Both the position numbers and the translations under genes were made by a program. From contig JBNGBT010000001.1 of assembly GCA_049903315.1 (NCBI GenBank), positions 256,001 through 320,000 of the forward strand: DNA of 64,000 bases, in the 5' to 3' direction. The DNA is from Candidatus Cloacimonadota bacterium. Lineage in GTDB: Bacteria; Cloacimonadota; Cloacimonadia; JGIOTU-2. Numbering within the stretch: the stretch's first letter is position 1; each line of letters begins with the position of its first letter. Shown here piece by piece: positions 18,887 through 29,473 of the stretch. The notes beneath the pieces are model-generated. The model saw only the letters and a list, made by a program, of their open reading frames with translations, did not search any database and had not been told where the DNA came from.

Positions 18887-20213
18887 ATTTTTCAATAATT
18901 ATGTCATATTCATTGATAACATTATTGAACCAGTCCATATACTTTTGATTGGTCAGTTCAATATTAATATCATAATGAACTTCGGAAAGAGGTTGCTGAA
19001 CATTGTTCACCATAAATTCACCTTTATGAGCATCATAGAAATTTTGTATCTCAGCTTCGCTGACCTGCATTGCGGGATTGATAACATTATTATAAACCTG
19101 CTGAACGACGTAATCGTCCCAATTCGTGTCGAATTCCTGTGACTGTGCTTCCCATTGAGAGATGAAACTCATTGATGACTCATAGTTTTCATTGAGCGCG
19201 GTTCTGTAGAGGAATTCCTGGAGGGCGATCTGTGTGGTGATATCTCTATAGTCGAGAAATGCAAGATTCACCCTTTGTTCTGGGGTGAGGAAGAAGTCGA
19301 GATATTTTTTGAGCATGCCGAAGAGAAGCTGCATGTTACCTTTTGTGGCAACGACAAGTTCATCATTTGCGGCGGTTTGAGAAGCAAGCCCTTTCTCAAG
19401 ATTTGTATCATTAATAATGATGTCCTCTTTGAAGGTTTCAAGATAATCATTTAAATAAGATTGCTCTTTTTCATTTTGAATTGTTGTTCCAGATTCCTCT
19501 CTTATTTCTTCAAGAGTAGGATCATCATATCGTTTGATAATGTAAAAGCCGTAGTTTGTCAGCACTGGCTCGGTAAATTCACCAATCTCCGGAACAGTAC
19601 TTTCATAGGGTATGATATTCTGCAAAATTTCCAATTTGAGCAATTCTGCTTTATTGTTCGGTGTGCGATATGCCTTATCCGTATATTTTTTTTGCAGATT
19701 TTCAAAATCAGCACCATTCTGAAGTTTTTCGAACGCCTGGTAAATTTCTGTTTCTGCTTTTACCGTGTCATCCTTGACTGGTATGAAGATCGTCCTGATC
19801 TTCACATAAGGATTTTCATCAAGATATTCCAGCAGCTCGTCATCAGAAATAGTGATGTTGGTTTTTACAATATCCTCGAGCATTGTGTTGATAAGTAATT
19901 CCTTGCGGAGCTCGTTTTTTTGCCAGTCGAAATCTGTATTGAATCCTGGCTCATTAACCATTCCGGTTTTCTGTGCATATATCTGAGCAATATTATTATT
20001 GATAAGTTGGTCGAGAATGAGAACGGCATCATTCTGAGTGAGTTCCATGTTATACATGGCGGCTGTATTTTCCACCTCAGATAAATAAATCGGTTTATCA
20101 TTTACTTTTGCAAGAAGCACATCTGTATCTTTTCGCACGAAATTATTGATTATAATGAGTGCGGCAGCGACGATAACAATGACAATGAGAATAATTTTGG
20201 TAGATTTTTTCAT
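18870..20213 (-). CDS. PrsA/PpiC-family membrane-anchored foldase
   Basis: N-terminal TM; LAKVNDKPI, GADFENLQKKYTD, GEFTEPVLTNYGFYIIK. Confidence 0.75.
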   Translation of the reverse strand: MKKSTKIILIVIVIVAAALIIINNFVRKDTDVLLAKVNDKPIYLSEVENTAAMYNMELTQNDAVLILDQLINNNIAQIYAQKTGMVNEPGFNTDFDWQKNELRKELLINTMLEDIVKTNITISDDELLEYLDENPYVKIRTIFIPVKDDTVKAETEIYQAFEKLQNGADFENLQKKYTDKAYRTPNNKAELLKLEILQNIIPYESTVPEIGEFTEPVLTNYGFYIIKRYDDPTLEEIREESGTTIQNEKEQSYLNDYLETFKEDIIINDTNLEKGLASQTAANDELVVATKGNMQLLFGMLKKYLDFFLTPEQRVNLAFLDYRDITTQIALQEFLYRTALNENYESSMSFISQWEAQSQEFDTNWDDYVVQQVYNNVINPAMQVSEAEIQNFYDAHKGEFMVNNVQQPLSEVHYDINIELTNQKYMDWFNNVINEYDIIIEKYEENF

Positions 20214-20224
20214 GTAAATCCTTC

Positions 20225-23200
20225 TTATGTTTGATCAGGTTTTTTCTTACCTAATATTTTAATCATTTGAATGCAAACCTCAAAGTTCTCCTTGAAACTG
20301 TCAATTTTATTGTGGGAGAGCTTGATCGTGATTTTTGCCCCTTTTGTCATGTTGAATTGGACGTCATGTGGCATATTTTTTATGATATCTTCGATCTTGG
20401 TTTTCGTCAGCACTGTGGAATCTACTTCTATCGTGATCTTTCTTTTTCCGATAAATAAGGAGGAGATGGAAGACTTTGCTACCCAGTACGACACATGAAA
20501 GTAGAAAAAAACATATTGTGCAGATTGTGGGAGCGGACCAAACCGGTCGCGCATTTCTTCCTGTAAAGATTGAAAATTTGCTTCGTCATCAGCAATATTC
20601 AGGCGTTTATAAAAATCAAGACGTGTCGCATCATCCTCGATATAATATTCCGGCAAAGAAAAGGGGATTTCGCATTGTATTTTTGTGTGAAAGCGCTCTG
20701 TATCAAAAATGTCTTTATCCTCACCTTTTTTGATCTTCTCGATAGCTCGTTTCAGAAGCTGGTTATAGAAGTTCATACCGATCGTGTTCATGATACCATG
20801 CTGTTTTTTGCCGAGAATATTGCCTGCACCGCGTATTTCAAGATCGCGCATTGCGATATGTAAACCCGAGCCGAGAGCTTCATGCTGTTCAATAGTTCTC
20901 AATCGTTCATCCGCAGTTTTTGTTGTCTTCTTAGGCACAATGAGATAGGCATATGCCTGGTGATCCGAACGCCCGACACGACCCCGCAATTGATAGAGTT
21001 GTGCAAGTCCGAATTTATCAGCACGGTTTATTATGATTGTATTCACGTTGGGAATATCGATGCCCGATTCAATAATTGTGGTGCACACAAGCACATCAAA
21101 TGTGTGATGATAAAAATCCATCATGACCTGCTCGAGCTCTCTTGCAGACATCTGTGCATGAGCAACACGGAAACTGACATCCTTCATAAGCGCACTGAGC
21201 TTTTCTTCCATGCCATATATTGTTTCAACTCTGTTATGAAGAAAGAAAACCTGCCCCTGCCTGTCGATCTCTCTGCGGATCGAGGAGATGATCAGCTCCT
21301 CATTGTATTCGATCACAGCAGTACGCACGGGAAGACGGTTTTCGGGAGGTACGTTCATGATCGTCATGTCCTTGACGCCTGTAAGAGCCATATTCAGCGT
21401 TCTGGGAATTGGTGTTGCAGAGAGCATGAGCACATCCACATTATGTTTGAGCGCTTTCAGCCGTTCTTTATGACGTACTCCGAAGCGCTGTTCTTCGTCG
21501 ATAATAATAAGCCCGAGTTCTTTGAATTGTATATCCTTAGAAAGCAGGCGGTGTGTACCGATAATGATATCAACTTCCCCGTATTTGATCCTGTCTATGA
21601 TAACTTTCTGTTTGTTGGGCGTGACAAATCTGCTCAACATCTCGATGCGAACCGGATAGTCCTTCAGGCGTTCAGAAAACGTCACATAATGCTGCTCTGC
21701 GAGAATCGTGGTTGGGACGAGGAATGCAACCTGTTTGCTGTCCATTACTGCTTTAAATGCTGCCCGTATTGCAACTTCTGTTTTTCCAAATCCTACATCA
21801 CCGCAGATAAGCCGTTCCATCGGGATTGCAGTTTCCATATCTGCTTTTACTTCTTCTGTGGCTTTGATCTGGTCTATTGTATCTTCGTAAATGAAAGAAG
21901 ATTCCACATCTTTTTGCCACTCGGTATCATCAGAAAATGCGTAGCCAGCAGCAATTTTTCTCTGGGCATAAAGATACAGCAGTTCTGCTGCGATCTGCTC
22001 GACATCCTTTTTGAGTTTCTTCTTGGTTGTTTCCCAACGGGTGCTGTCCAGCTTATGCAACTCGGGAATGATGCCTTCCTGAGTAACAAATTTGGCAACC
22101 TGCTGAAGCTGATCAGTCGGAACATAGACCTTATCATTGTCTGCATATTGAAGCAGAAGGCAGTCCATATTTCGTTCCTGTACCGAGATATTCTCGATAC
22201 CTTGAAAAATCCCGATACCATAATCTATATGAACGATATAATCACCAGGCTTAAGGGCTTCGTAGTCGGAAAGCGCTTCTGCCTTTTTAAAATGCGCAAA
22301 CCTGCGTTTTTGCCTGTATCGGTTAAAAATTTCATGATCTGTGAAAACTGCGAGCGCTGCATCTTCAAGAATAAAACCTTTCTGAAATACCCCGACATGG
22401 AATTGAATCCTATCCTCAAAATCAGAAAGCATTGTCTGCATTCGGTTGCTCTGGCTCAGGTTATCGGACTGGATGAAGATTGAAAAATTATTTTTCAGAA
22501 GTTGTTCAATATCAGCAGTAAGCAGTTCCAATTTGCTGTTATAGTTCATTTGAGCTTTGCACGAGAAGTCTATATACGATCTTACTTCGATAATATCAGC
22601 TTGCGTAAGATGAAGTGTGTGGAAGTTGTTCAATTCCAGATCAGCTTGCTTTTTGAAAAGAGTGTGCGGTTCCGGGACGGGTACATTTTTTACATGTGAG
22701 ATCTTTTTCTCATAATTCTCTTGAACTTCATCAAGGAGATGTGCCTGGGCACCTGCAAATTTTTCTTCATCATCCAGAGCTACAATACAATTTTCCGGAG
22801 TAAAGTAGGATAGAAACGACGATGTATTCTCAAGAAGCATTGAAATATCATGCTCGATTCCCTCATAAAAGCCGTTCTCTGCGATTCTATTCTGAAGGCG
22901 TTCGGGAATATCTGATTTTAAGTATTCCAAAGAAAGTTCGCGTATTGGTTGTGCGATTATCTCAGTAAGTTTTTCTCTCAATGAAAGCTGGGAAGAAAGG
23001 TCGAATTCTCGTATCGAAGTTATCTCATCGCCCCAGAATTCCAACCTGAGAGGATTTATATATTGCGGTGAGAAAATATCAAGAATGCCGCCGCGTTTGC
23101 TTATCTCGCCTGCCTGCGTGACTTGTGAAGTATTCTGGTAACCAGCGGATACAAGATGCGAGAGGATTGCATCGATATTATATTCTTTATTTTTTTCAAG

Positions 23201-23626
23201 TTTGAGAAGAAGTTTCCTGTATGTTTCAGAATGACTGATTGTTCGAAGAAGTTCTTTTATTGAAACAACATACATGCCGATCTTTCCCGAAGCTGCTGCC
23301 GAAAGAGTGTTGCTTCGTTCGAGCTGTACTGTTTTTCTTGGAGAGAATGGCTCATAGGGAAGTAACTCATAGCCCGAGAGGTGGAATATTTTTTCCCTTC
23401 CAAGAAGTACTTCAAGGTCGTCACAGGCATTTTGGGCAATGGAATCATTTTCCGCAACAAGAAATATAGATTTTTCAGAATTGCTGAAAACGTGACTGAG
23501 TGCAAGTGCTTTTGCCGAGTTGTTCAAACCGGAAATACGGAATTTTTGCGCAGTATCTGCCAGTTGAAGCAATCTCGTAAATTGTCTCGATCTGTTGAGA
23601 TACGTTTTTATTTTATTATAAAGCAT
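20225..23626 (-). CDS. mfd: Transcription-repair coupling factor
   Basis: RGGILDIF, VHIDYGIG (RID), CGDVGFGKTEVA, DEEQRFG, SATPIPRTL, QLRGRVGRS, DLEIRGAGN. Confidence 0.98.
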   Translation of the reverse strand: MLYNKIKTYLNRSRQFTRLLQLADTAQKFRISGLNNSAKALALSHVFSNSEKSIFLVAENDSIAQNACDDLEVLLGREKIFHLSGYELLPYEPFSPRKTVQLERSNTLSAAASGKIGMYVVSIKELLRTISHSETYRKLLLKLEKNKEYNIDAILSHLVSAGYQNTSQVTQAGEISKRGGILDIFSPQYINPLRLEFWGDEITSIREFDLSSQLSLREKLTEIIAQPIRELSLEYLKSDIPERLQNRIAENGFYEGIEHDISMLLENTSSFLSYFTPENCIVALDDEEKFAGAQAHLLDEVQENYEKKISHVKNVPVPEPHTLFKKQADLELNNFHTLHLTQADIIEVRSYIDFSCKAQMNYNSKLELLTADIEQLLKNNFSIFIQSDNLSQSNRMQTMLSDFEDRIQFHVGVFQKGFILEDAALAVFTDHEIFNRYRQKRRFAHFKKAEALSDYEALKPGDYIVHIDYGIGIFQGIENISVQERNMDCLLLQYADNDKVYVPTDQLQQVAKFVTQEGIIPELHKLDSTRWETTKKKLKKDVEQIAAELLYLYAQRKIAAGYAFSDDTEWQKDVESSFIYEDTIDQIKATEEVKADMETAIPMERLICGDVGFGKTEVAIRAAFKAVMDSKQVAFLVPTTILAEQHYVTFSERLKDYPVRIEMLSRFVTPNKQKVIIDRIKYGEVDIIIGTHRLLSKDIQFKELGLIIIDEEQRFGVRHKERLKALKHNVDVLMLSATPIPRTLNMALTGVKDMTIMNVPPENRLPVRTAVIEYNEELIISSIRREIDRQGQVFFLHNRVETIYGMEEKLSALMKDVSFRVAHAQMSARELEQVMMDFYHHTFDVLVCTTIIESGIDIPNVNTIIINRADKFGLAQLYQLRGRVGRSDHQAYAYLIVPKKTTKTADERLRTIEQHEALGSGLHIAMRDLEIRGAGNILGKKQHGIMNTIGMNFYNQLLKRAIEKIKKGEDKDIFDTERFHTKIQCEIPFSLPEYYIEDDATRLDFYKRLNIADDEANFQSLQEEMRDRFGPLPQSAQYVFFYFHVSYWVAKSSISSLFIGKRKITIEVDSTVLTKTKIEDIIKNMPHDVQFNMTKGAKITIKLSHNKIDSFKENFEVCIQMIKILGKKKPDQT

Positions 23627-23855
23627 GAGTGAATATTTTATATTTTAGGTTGCATTTCTGATGAACAATATTTCGGGGTGGAGTTATTTATTCGCAAGTT
23701 TTCTGATAGAATGATAAAAAAAGTGTATGAAAAGTTTGACAGAATAATGAAGGGACCTTTTTACGATTTTGGAGTTAAAATGTTAAGGATTTATAATCAT
23801 CAAAGAACAAATTTCTTTAAGACAGGAGCAGTTTATTTGTATATATAGGGGTATT

Positions 23856-26345
23856 ATGAAAAAGACAACTATTCTATCACTTTTAATTTTATTGGCGTTA
23901 ACAGCAACGCTATTCTCAAGTGACAAATACCTTACTAACACACAAACTTTTCCCTGGATAGGGCCGGATGGTGAAGATCCGGAAGTCGTCTTTGCAGATT
24001 TGATTGAACAGGAAAAACTTGTATCTGTTCATCATTCCGAATGTATGTTTTGGTATGATAATTTTACATGGCAAAACGAAATTGGGAAAATTAGAAATGA
24101 CTGTTTATACAAAATAAAAATTCTTCGTGATACTCCAAATAATCATAAAGAACATGTTGTCCAAGTACCTCAAAACAGAGACCCAACCACAATTGTTATC
24201 GATGTCAACGGTACCGGCAATTATACAACCATCCAGGAAGGTATCGACAACTCTGTAAATGGAGATACAGTTTTAGTCTATCCCGGAATATACTTTGAGA
24301 ACATCAATTATAACGGAAAAAATATTACTGTTGCGAGTTTATATATTCAGACACAAAAAGACTCGTTTATTCATAAAACCACAATTGATGGCAATCACAG
24401 CGGGAGTGTGGTGACATTTAGTAATGGTGAAGATAGCACTGCAATATTATGCGGTTTTACCATTCAGAATGGGAGTGGAACAATATATCATCATATTTTT
24501 ACTTGTGGAGGAGGTATTTATTGTTATTGTGTAAATCCAATAATAACCGATTGTATTATTAAAAACAATACTGCTCAATGGGGCGGTGGTATACAATGCT
24601 TATCATCTAATATAACTCTAATAAATGTAACTGTCAATAATAATCATGCTATTAGTATTGGTGGGGGAATATGTTTTAGAGATGATTCGACAGTAAATTT
24701 TGACTTTAACAACAGATGCAATATCTATCTCAATTATGCTGCAGCAGGAAGTGATATTTTATTGTTTGATTGTAATGAGATTACAGAAATAGTTGCAGAT
24801 ACCTTTACTGTTCTTAATCCAGACCAGGATTTCGTTAATACATTTTTTAGTTATGATGTAAGTTTTAATATATTTAATGCTAAAATTGAACCAGTTAATC
24901 AAGATTTATATGTAGGTCCTACCGGTAATAATATTAATAGTGGGTTAAGTGAAGAATATCCACTTAAAACTATATCTTATGCTTTATTAAAAATTGCTTC
25001 AGACAGCACTCAATTTAATAACATCCACCTTGATGAAGGTACATATTCTTCATCATTAACTGGAGAAAGATTCCCCCTTAATGCACGTAGTTATGTTGGA
25101 ATAATCGGAGAATCAGAACAACGTACTATTCTTGATGGTGATAGTTTGATTTACTTGGTAAATTGTTGTTTTTATGATAAAAGTATACATTTGGAAAATA
25201 TTACAATCCAAAACGGCAGGACAGAATACGGAGAAGGTAATGGTACAGGAATAAGATTTGAGTATTGTTCTAATGGAATAGTTAAAAATGCAACAATAAA
25301 AGATAATATCGCGATAGAAGGAGATGCTGGTGGTATATTTTGTATGGAAAATAGCAATCCTACATTTGATAATGTTACAATTATAGGTAATACTGCTGAA
25401 GTTGGTGGAGGAGTAAAAGTGGTAGAGAGTAACCCTATTTTTTTAAATTGCATCATTTCTTATAACTCTGCAGATCCAACATATATCGGAACGGCTGGTA
25501 TTTCATGTATTAACGAATCTTCAATAATACTAATTAATACTTTGCTTAATAAAAATTCTGGAAATGAAACTGCTGGTATATATTTAGGGACAAATTGTCA
25601 TTCTACTACAATAAACAATTCATTCGTAGACAATAATGGTAATAATACAATATATTTACGAGAAAATGGGAACATAGAATTGGTGAATTCAATTATTTGG
25701 AATAATACTAACAAAGAGATTGTCTTTTATGGAAATTATGCCCCAAACTATGCTGAAATCTTTTACACAGACATCAAGGGTGGTGAATCAGGAATAAATA
25801 CAAATAACAATGGCACTTACTACTGGGGTCCTGGTAATATAAATCAAGCTCCTCTTTTTGTAGATTCACTCAACGATAATTATCAATTACTTCAAGGTTC
25901 TCCTTGTATCGATGCAGGCACACCGGACACAAGCGGTCTCAATCTTCCAGCAACGGACTTGGCAGCCAATCCAAGAATATTTAATGGAAGAATCGATATA
26001 GGCGCGTATGAATATCAAGGATATGGCATAGACGAACCGGATACTTCGTTTATTCATAATCTGTATTTATTCAATAATACCCCAAACCCTTTTAGGGAAT
26101 CCACCACAATATCCTTTATCTCAGCAGATTATGAAAGGATAAAGGAATACACGCTTTCTATATACAATACCAAAGGTCAGCTCGTACGAAGATATGAAGG
26201 GAACAAAGATAATTTTTGGGTAAAAACCGAAATTGTGTGGAATGGCACTGACGAATATGGGAAACAAGTAGCTCCGGGAGCATATTTCTATAAATTAGAG
26301 TATAATGGCCATGCGGTGGTAAGGAAAATGACATTGCTTCGTTAG
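23856..26345 (+). CDS. Secreted right-handed parallel beta-helix (pectin-lyase-like/DUF1565-type) protein with FlgD/T9SS-like C-terminus
   Basis: Signal peptide; YTTIQEGID..GDTVLVYPGIY.ENI; repeated GGGI/N.A motifs; PLKTISYAL; SPCIDAG..RIDIGAYE; PNPF..IYNTKGQLV..GAYFYKL..KMTLLR. Confidence 0.82.
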   Translation: MKKTTILSLLILLALTATLFSSDKYLTNTQTFPWIGPDGEDPEVVFADLIEQEKLVSVHHSECMFWYDNFTWQNEIGKIRNDCLYKIKILRDTPNNHKEHVVQVPQNRDPTTIVIDVNGTGNYTTIQEGIDNSVNGDTVLVYPGIYFENINYNGKNITVASLYIQTQKDSFIHKTTIDGNHSGSVVTFSNGEDSTAILCGFTIQNGSGTIYHHIFTCGGGIYCYCVNPIITDCIIKNNTAQWGGGIQCLSSNITLINVTVNNNHAISIGGGICFRDDSTVNFDFNNRCNIYLNYAAAGSDILLFDCNEITEIVADTFTVLNPDQDFVNTFFSYDVSFNIFNAKIEPVNQDLYVGPTGNNINSGLSEEYPLKTISYALLKIASDSTQFNNIHLDEGTYSSSLTGERFPLNARSYVGIIGESEQRTILDGDSLIYLVNCCFYDKSIHLENITIQNGRTEYGEGNGTGIRFEYCSNGIVKNATIKDNIAIEGDAGGIFCMENSNPTFDNVTIIGNTAEVGGGVKVVESNPIFLNCIISYNSADPTYIGTAGISCINESSIILINTLLNKNSGNETAGIYLGTNCHSTTINNSFVDNNGNNTIYLRENGNIELVNSIIWNNTNKEIVFYGNYAPNYAEIFYTDIKGGESGINTNNNGTYYWGPGNINQAPLFVDSLNDNYQLLQGSPCIDAGTPDTSGLNLPATDLAANPRIFNGRIDIGAYEYQGYGIDEPDTSFIHNLYLFNNTPNPFRESTTISFISADYERIKEYTLSIYNTKGQLVRRYEGNKDNFWVKTEIVWNGTDEYGKQVAPGAYFYKLEYNGHAVVRKMTLLR

Positions 26346-26353
26346 CGCTACGC

Positions 26354-26415
26354 AATGAAAAATTTAAAATAGAAAAGTAAAAATGGAAAATGTGGAGTCG
26401 ACGGCTCCGGCGTCG
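26354..26415. repeat. Degenerate heptamer tandem repeat followed by a small hairpin
   Basis: aatgaaa aatttaa aatagaa aagtaaa aatggaa aatgtgg, then cgacg-gctccgg-cgtcg. Confidence 0.6.
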
Positions 26416-26547
26416 TATAATCACAATAATCATTACTATAATTACTAAGTACTTTCTTCTAATTAATATCCCTTTTTCCGATAACATTGACAAAACTTAT
26501 ATGAGTAAAAGAATTTTTTATGTGTTACATTAAGCTATGGAGATGCA

Positions 26548-27198
26548 ATGAAAAAAATAATTATTCCATTGATTTTAGTCATGATTATAGTATGCTCGTG
26601 CGCGAACGAGCCAAAACGTCAATCACAATATGTGCGCAAAATACCTTCTGATAATGTATTTGTCTTTGAGTGTGAGAAAGATGAATATTACACAGTTCAT
26701 TACCAGGATGACATGGCATTTCTGTATCACGGTTATGATGTGTACAAATTGCCCCGTGCAATCTCAGCCGATGGTGCACGCTTCAGCGACGGGGTAAATG
26801 AATTCTGGAATAAGGGTGATATGGCAATGATCACAATCGGAGAGAAATCCTATCAAAACTGCCAGCTGGTTGATCCCAGTAAAGTTAAACTTAAAATTCC
26901 TGAAGATTATTTCTGGGGTATGAGTAATGATTCAGGTTGGTCACTCTCAATTTTTAATTCAGAAATCGGCGTATTCTTTCATAAGAACAACAAAACATAT
27001 AGATTTGACTCTTCTTCATGCATGGATTCTGGAAAAGATGAGAAAGTCTACACCGCACAAACTGATGATCATACGGTAAAAGTTGTGATCTCAAAGCAGG
27101 ATTGTTATGATAAAAAAAGCGATCAACACTTCCCATACCATGTCACTCTATTTCTTGATGGAAAAGAATATAATGGATGCGGAAATTCCCCTGAATAA
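26548..27198 (+). CDS. Lipoprotein with MliC (lysozyme inhibitor) domain and COG3650-like C-domain
   Basis: Lipoprotein signal; LPRAISADGARFSDG..FWNKGD.A matches the MliC signature; C-terminal C.D..S...FPY.V..DGKEYNGCG. Confidence 0.8.
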   Translation: MKKIIIPLILVMIIVCSCANEPKRQSQYVRKIPSDNVFVFECEKDEYYTVHYQDDMAFLYHGYDVYKLPRAISADGARFSDGVNEFWNKGDMAMITIGEKSYQNCQLVDPSKVKLKIPEDYFWGMSNDSGWSLSIFNSEIGVFFHKNNKTYRFDSSSCMDSGKDEKVYTAQTDDHTVKVVISKQDCYDKKSDQHFPYHVTLFLDGKEYNGCGNSPE

Positions 27199-27274
27199 AA
27201 TGCATAATTCTAAAAAAGTTGACTTTGCTTCACGTTTCAAATGTTTGTAAATATGATTTTACATAGGAAAAAAT

Positions 27275-27736
27275 ATGTCTAAAGAACAAAATGCAATCGC
27301 ATATTGTGGATTATACTGTGCTGAATGTTTTAGTTACAAGGGTACTGTTGCGGATTTAGCCCGTGATTTACGAAAAGAGCTAAGAGTTTATAGATTTGAC
27401 AAAATTGCCCAAGTTTTTTCGAAGATTTCATTCTTCAAAGATTTCGAAGATTATGATATATGTTACAAGGTCTTGGGAGCAATGGTCAAAGTGCGATGCA
27501 GAAAGTTATGTAGAGATGGTGGCGGAAATCCCTATTGCAAGGTCAGGATCTGTTGCGAGAAAAAAGGTATTGTCGGATGCTGGGAGTGCGAGGATTTCAT
27601 TATATGTGAGAAACTCACATTTCTTAAAGAGAACCACGGCGATGCACATATTCAAAACATGAAGATCATAAAGAAAAAGGGTGTTTCAGAATTCTTGAAA
27701 GGGAAGAAACACTGGTATTTAAAACCAAAAGAATAA
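27275..27736 (+). CDS. DUF3795 family Cys-rich protein
   Basis: IAYCGLYCAEC..CRKLCRDGGG...CKVRICC..KG..GCWEC.DF..CEKL. Confidence 0.85.
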   Translation: MSKEQNAIAYCGLYCAECFSYKGTVADLARDLRKELRVYRFDKIAQVFSKISFFKDFEDYDICYKVLGAMVKVRCRKLCRDGGGNPYCKVRICCEKKGIVGCWECEDFIICEKLTFLKENHGDAHIQNMKIIKKKGVSEFLKGKKHWYLKPKE

Positions 27737-27760
27737 ATATAAAAATGTAGAGAGGAAAAA

Positions 27761-28591
27761 ATGGATCCGATTCAAACAACAAAACCGTATTTGGACAAGG
27801 CAATCGAACTCATAATGGAGTATGGTCCCAAACTGATCTTGGCAATTGTAGTCCTGATCATTGGTATGTGGATCATAAAAGGGATCAAAAAACTCATTAT
27901 AAAAGCAATGGATAAAGGCAAGGTTGATGTCTCTTTACAGAGATTTTTGATCAGTCTGATCATTATTACTTTTAAAGTATTGCTTCTGATAAGTGTCGCA
28001 TCGATGATTGGAATAGCCACCACATCCTTCGTGGCAATTCTCGGAGCTGCCACCTTTGCAGTCGGCCTTGCGCTGCAGGGCAGTCTGTCAAACTTTGCCG
28101 GTGGTGTCCTCATACTCCTGCTCAAACCCTTCAAGGTTGGAGACACAATAGAGGCGCAGGGATTTGTCGGGAAAGTTCATGCGATTCAGATCTTTAACAC
28201 GTTGATGAAAACCTTCGATAATAAGATGATATATATCCCGAACGGCTCTCTTTCAAATGGCAATATCACAAACTATTCCCATGAACCGATACGCAGGGTT
28301 GACATGACTTTTGGCGTCAGCTATGGTGACGATATAAAGAAAACAAAAGAAGTTTTGGTCAAACTGGTCAATGAGGACAAGCGAATACTGAAAGACCCGG
28401 CACCACTTATTGCTGTATCAAATCTTGGAGATAGTTCTGTAGATTTTGCTGTCAAAGTGTGGTGCGAAACTGCTGAATATTGGAATGTATATTTCGCTAT
28501 GCAAGAAAACGTAAAAATGACGTTTGATAAAGAAGGTATCTCGATCCCCTTCCCGCAAACAGATGTGCATTTTTTCAAAGAAGAAAAGTAA
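27761..28591 (+). CDS. mscS: Small-conductance mechanosensitive channel
   Basis: GLALQGSLSNFAGGVLILLLKPFKVGD, IPNGSLSNGNITNYS, RRVD, GISIPFPQ. Confidence 0.93.
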   Translation: MDPIQTTKPYLDKAIELIMEYGPKLILAIVVLIIGMWIIKGIKKLIIKAMDKGKVDVSLQRFLISLIIITFKVLLLISVASMIGIATTSFVAILGAATFAVGLALQGSLSNFAGGVLILLLKPFKVGDTIEAQGFVGKVHAIQIFNTLMKTFDNKMIYIPNGSLSNGNITNYSHEPIRRVDMTFGVSYGDDIKKTKEVLVKLVNEDKRILKDPAPLIAVSNLGDSSVDFAVKVWCETAEYWNVYFAMQENVKMTFDKEGISIPFPQTDVHFFKEEK

Positions 28592-28622
28592 ACAGCGTTT
28601 TAGAAATAAAGAGGTATAAGAA

Positions 28623-29375
28623 ATGAGAAAAATATTAATATTTTGTGCAGTAATTTTTTTGACTCTCACCCCGGTCGTTCATGCTCAGTTCGTGACTGAT
28701 CTGGAAACAGGACTCAATCTTAGTGGATATAATGATGTCAGGATACCGGGGGATACAGGGACACCCTTCTCGCTCGCGGATATCGGCTCAAATGCCTCTC
28801 TCTTTTTCCGTGCAAAATTCAACTATACTATTGCAGAAAGACACACAATTTCCATTCTGCTTGCACCTTTTACAAAAACGTATCAAGGTAAACTGAGCAC
28901 AAATATTGCAGATTTTGCAGGACAAAGTTACTCTTCGATTTATGAAGTGAAAGCAAAGTACAAATTCAATTCCTGGCGGCTTTCCTACAGGTGGGATTTC
29001 GTAAAATCTAAACACTTTCAGATTGGCATCGGTCTTACCGGCAAGATCAGAGATGCAAAGATCAGCATGAAGGGCAAGGATAATATGGGCACAATAGTGG
29101 AATCATCAAAGAAAAATGTGGGATTTGTTCCGCTTATAAATTTCCTCTTTGCGTGGAAGATAACTCCCTGTATGAATCTGCGTATAGAAGGGGATGCGCT
29201 TGCTGCTCCACAAGGACGTGCTGAAGATGTATTTTTCGGATGGACAGGATGCATTTCAGATAAAGTAAGAATAAAACTCGGCTACAGATTCCTGGAAGGT
29301 GGCGCAGACAATAATGCAGTATATAATTTTGCACTGTTCCATTACATTGTCTTTGGATTGTCATTTCAGATATAA
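28623..29375 (+). CDS. Putative outer-membrane beta-barrel protein
   Basis: Signal peptide, alternating amphipathic strands, terminal GLSFQI. Confidence 0.6.
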   Translation: MRKILIFCAVIFLTLTPVVHAQFVTDLETGLNLSGYNDVRIPGDTGTPFSLADIGSNASLFFRAKFNYTIAERHTISILLAPFTKTYQGKLSTNIADFAGQSYSSIYEVKAKYKFNSWRLSYRWDFVKSKHFQIGIGLTGKIRDAKISMKGKDNMGTIVESSKKNVGFVPLINFLFAWKITPCMNLRIEGDALAAPQGRAEDVFFGWTGCISDKVRIKLGYRFLEGGADNNAVYNFALFHYIVFGLSFQI

Positions 29376-29401
29376 GTAAAGTACATTAATTGTTGTAATG
29401 T

Positions 29402-29430
29402 AGAAGGCGATAATGGCATTATCGCCTTCT
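29402..29430. terminator. Perfect 14-bp inverted repeat between convergent genes
   Basis: agaaggcgataatg-g-cattatcgccttct. Confidence 0.8.
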
Positions 29431-29473
29431 GTATATTGTGTTATCACGGGCTGTTCCATGAAACGAATGTTTT

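Noticed and set aside
20882..22483. 533-aa + strand ORF
   Set aside because: Entirely antisense to the conserved mfd helicase core; a shadow ORF with no motifs.
16819..23626. mfd followed by three PPIase/SurA genes as a novel system
   Set aside because: Consistent with an ordinary housekeeping arrangement; nothing unusual beyond paralogy.
23856..26345. Diversity-generating retroelement target
   Set aside because: No reverse transcriptase and no template/variable repeat pair in the window.
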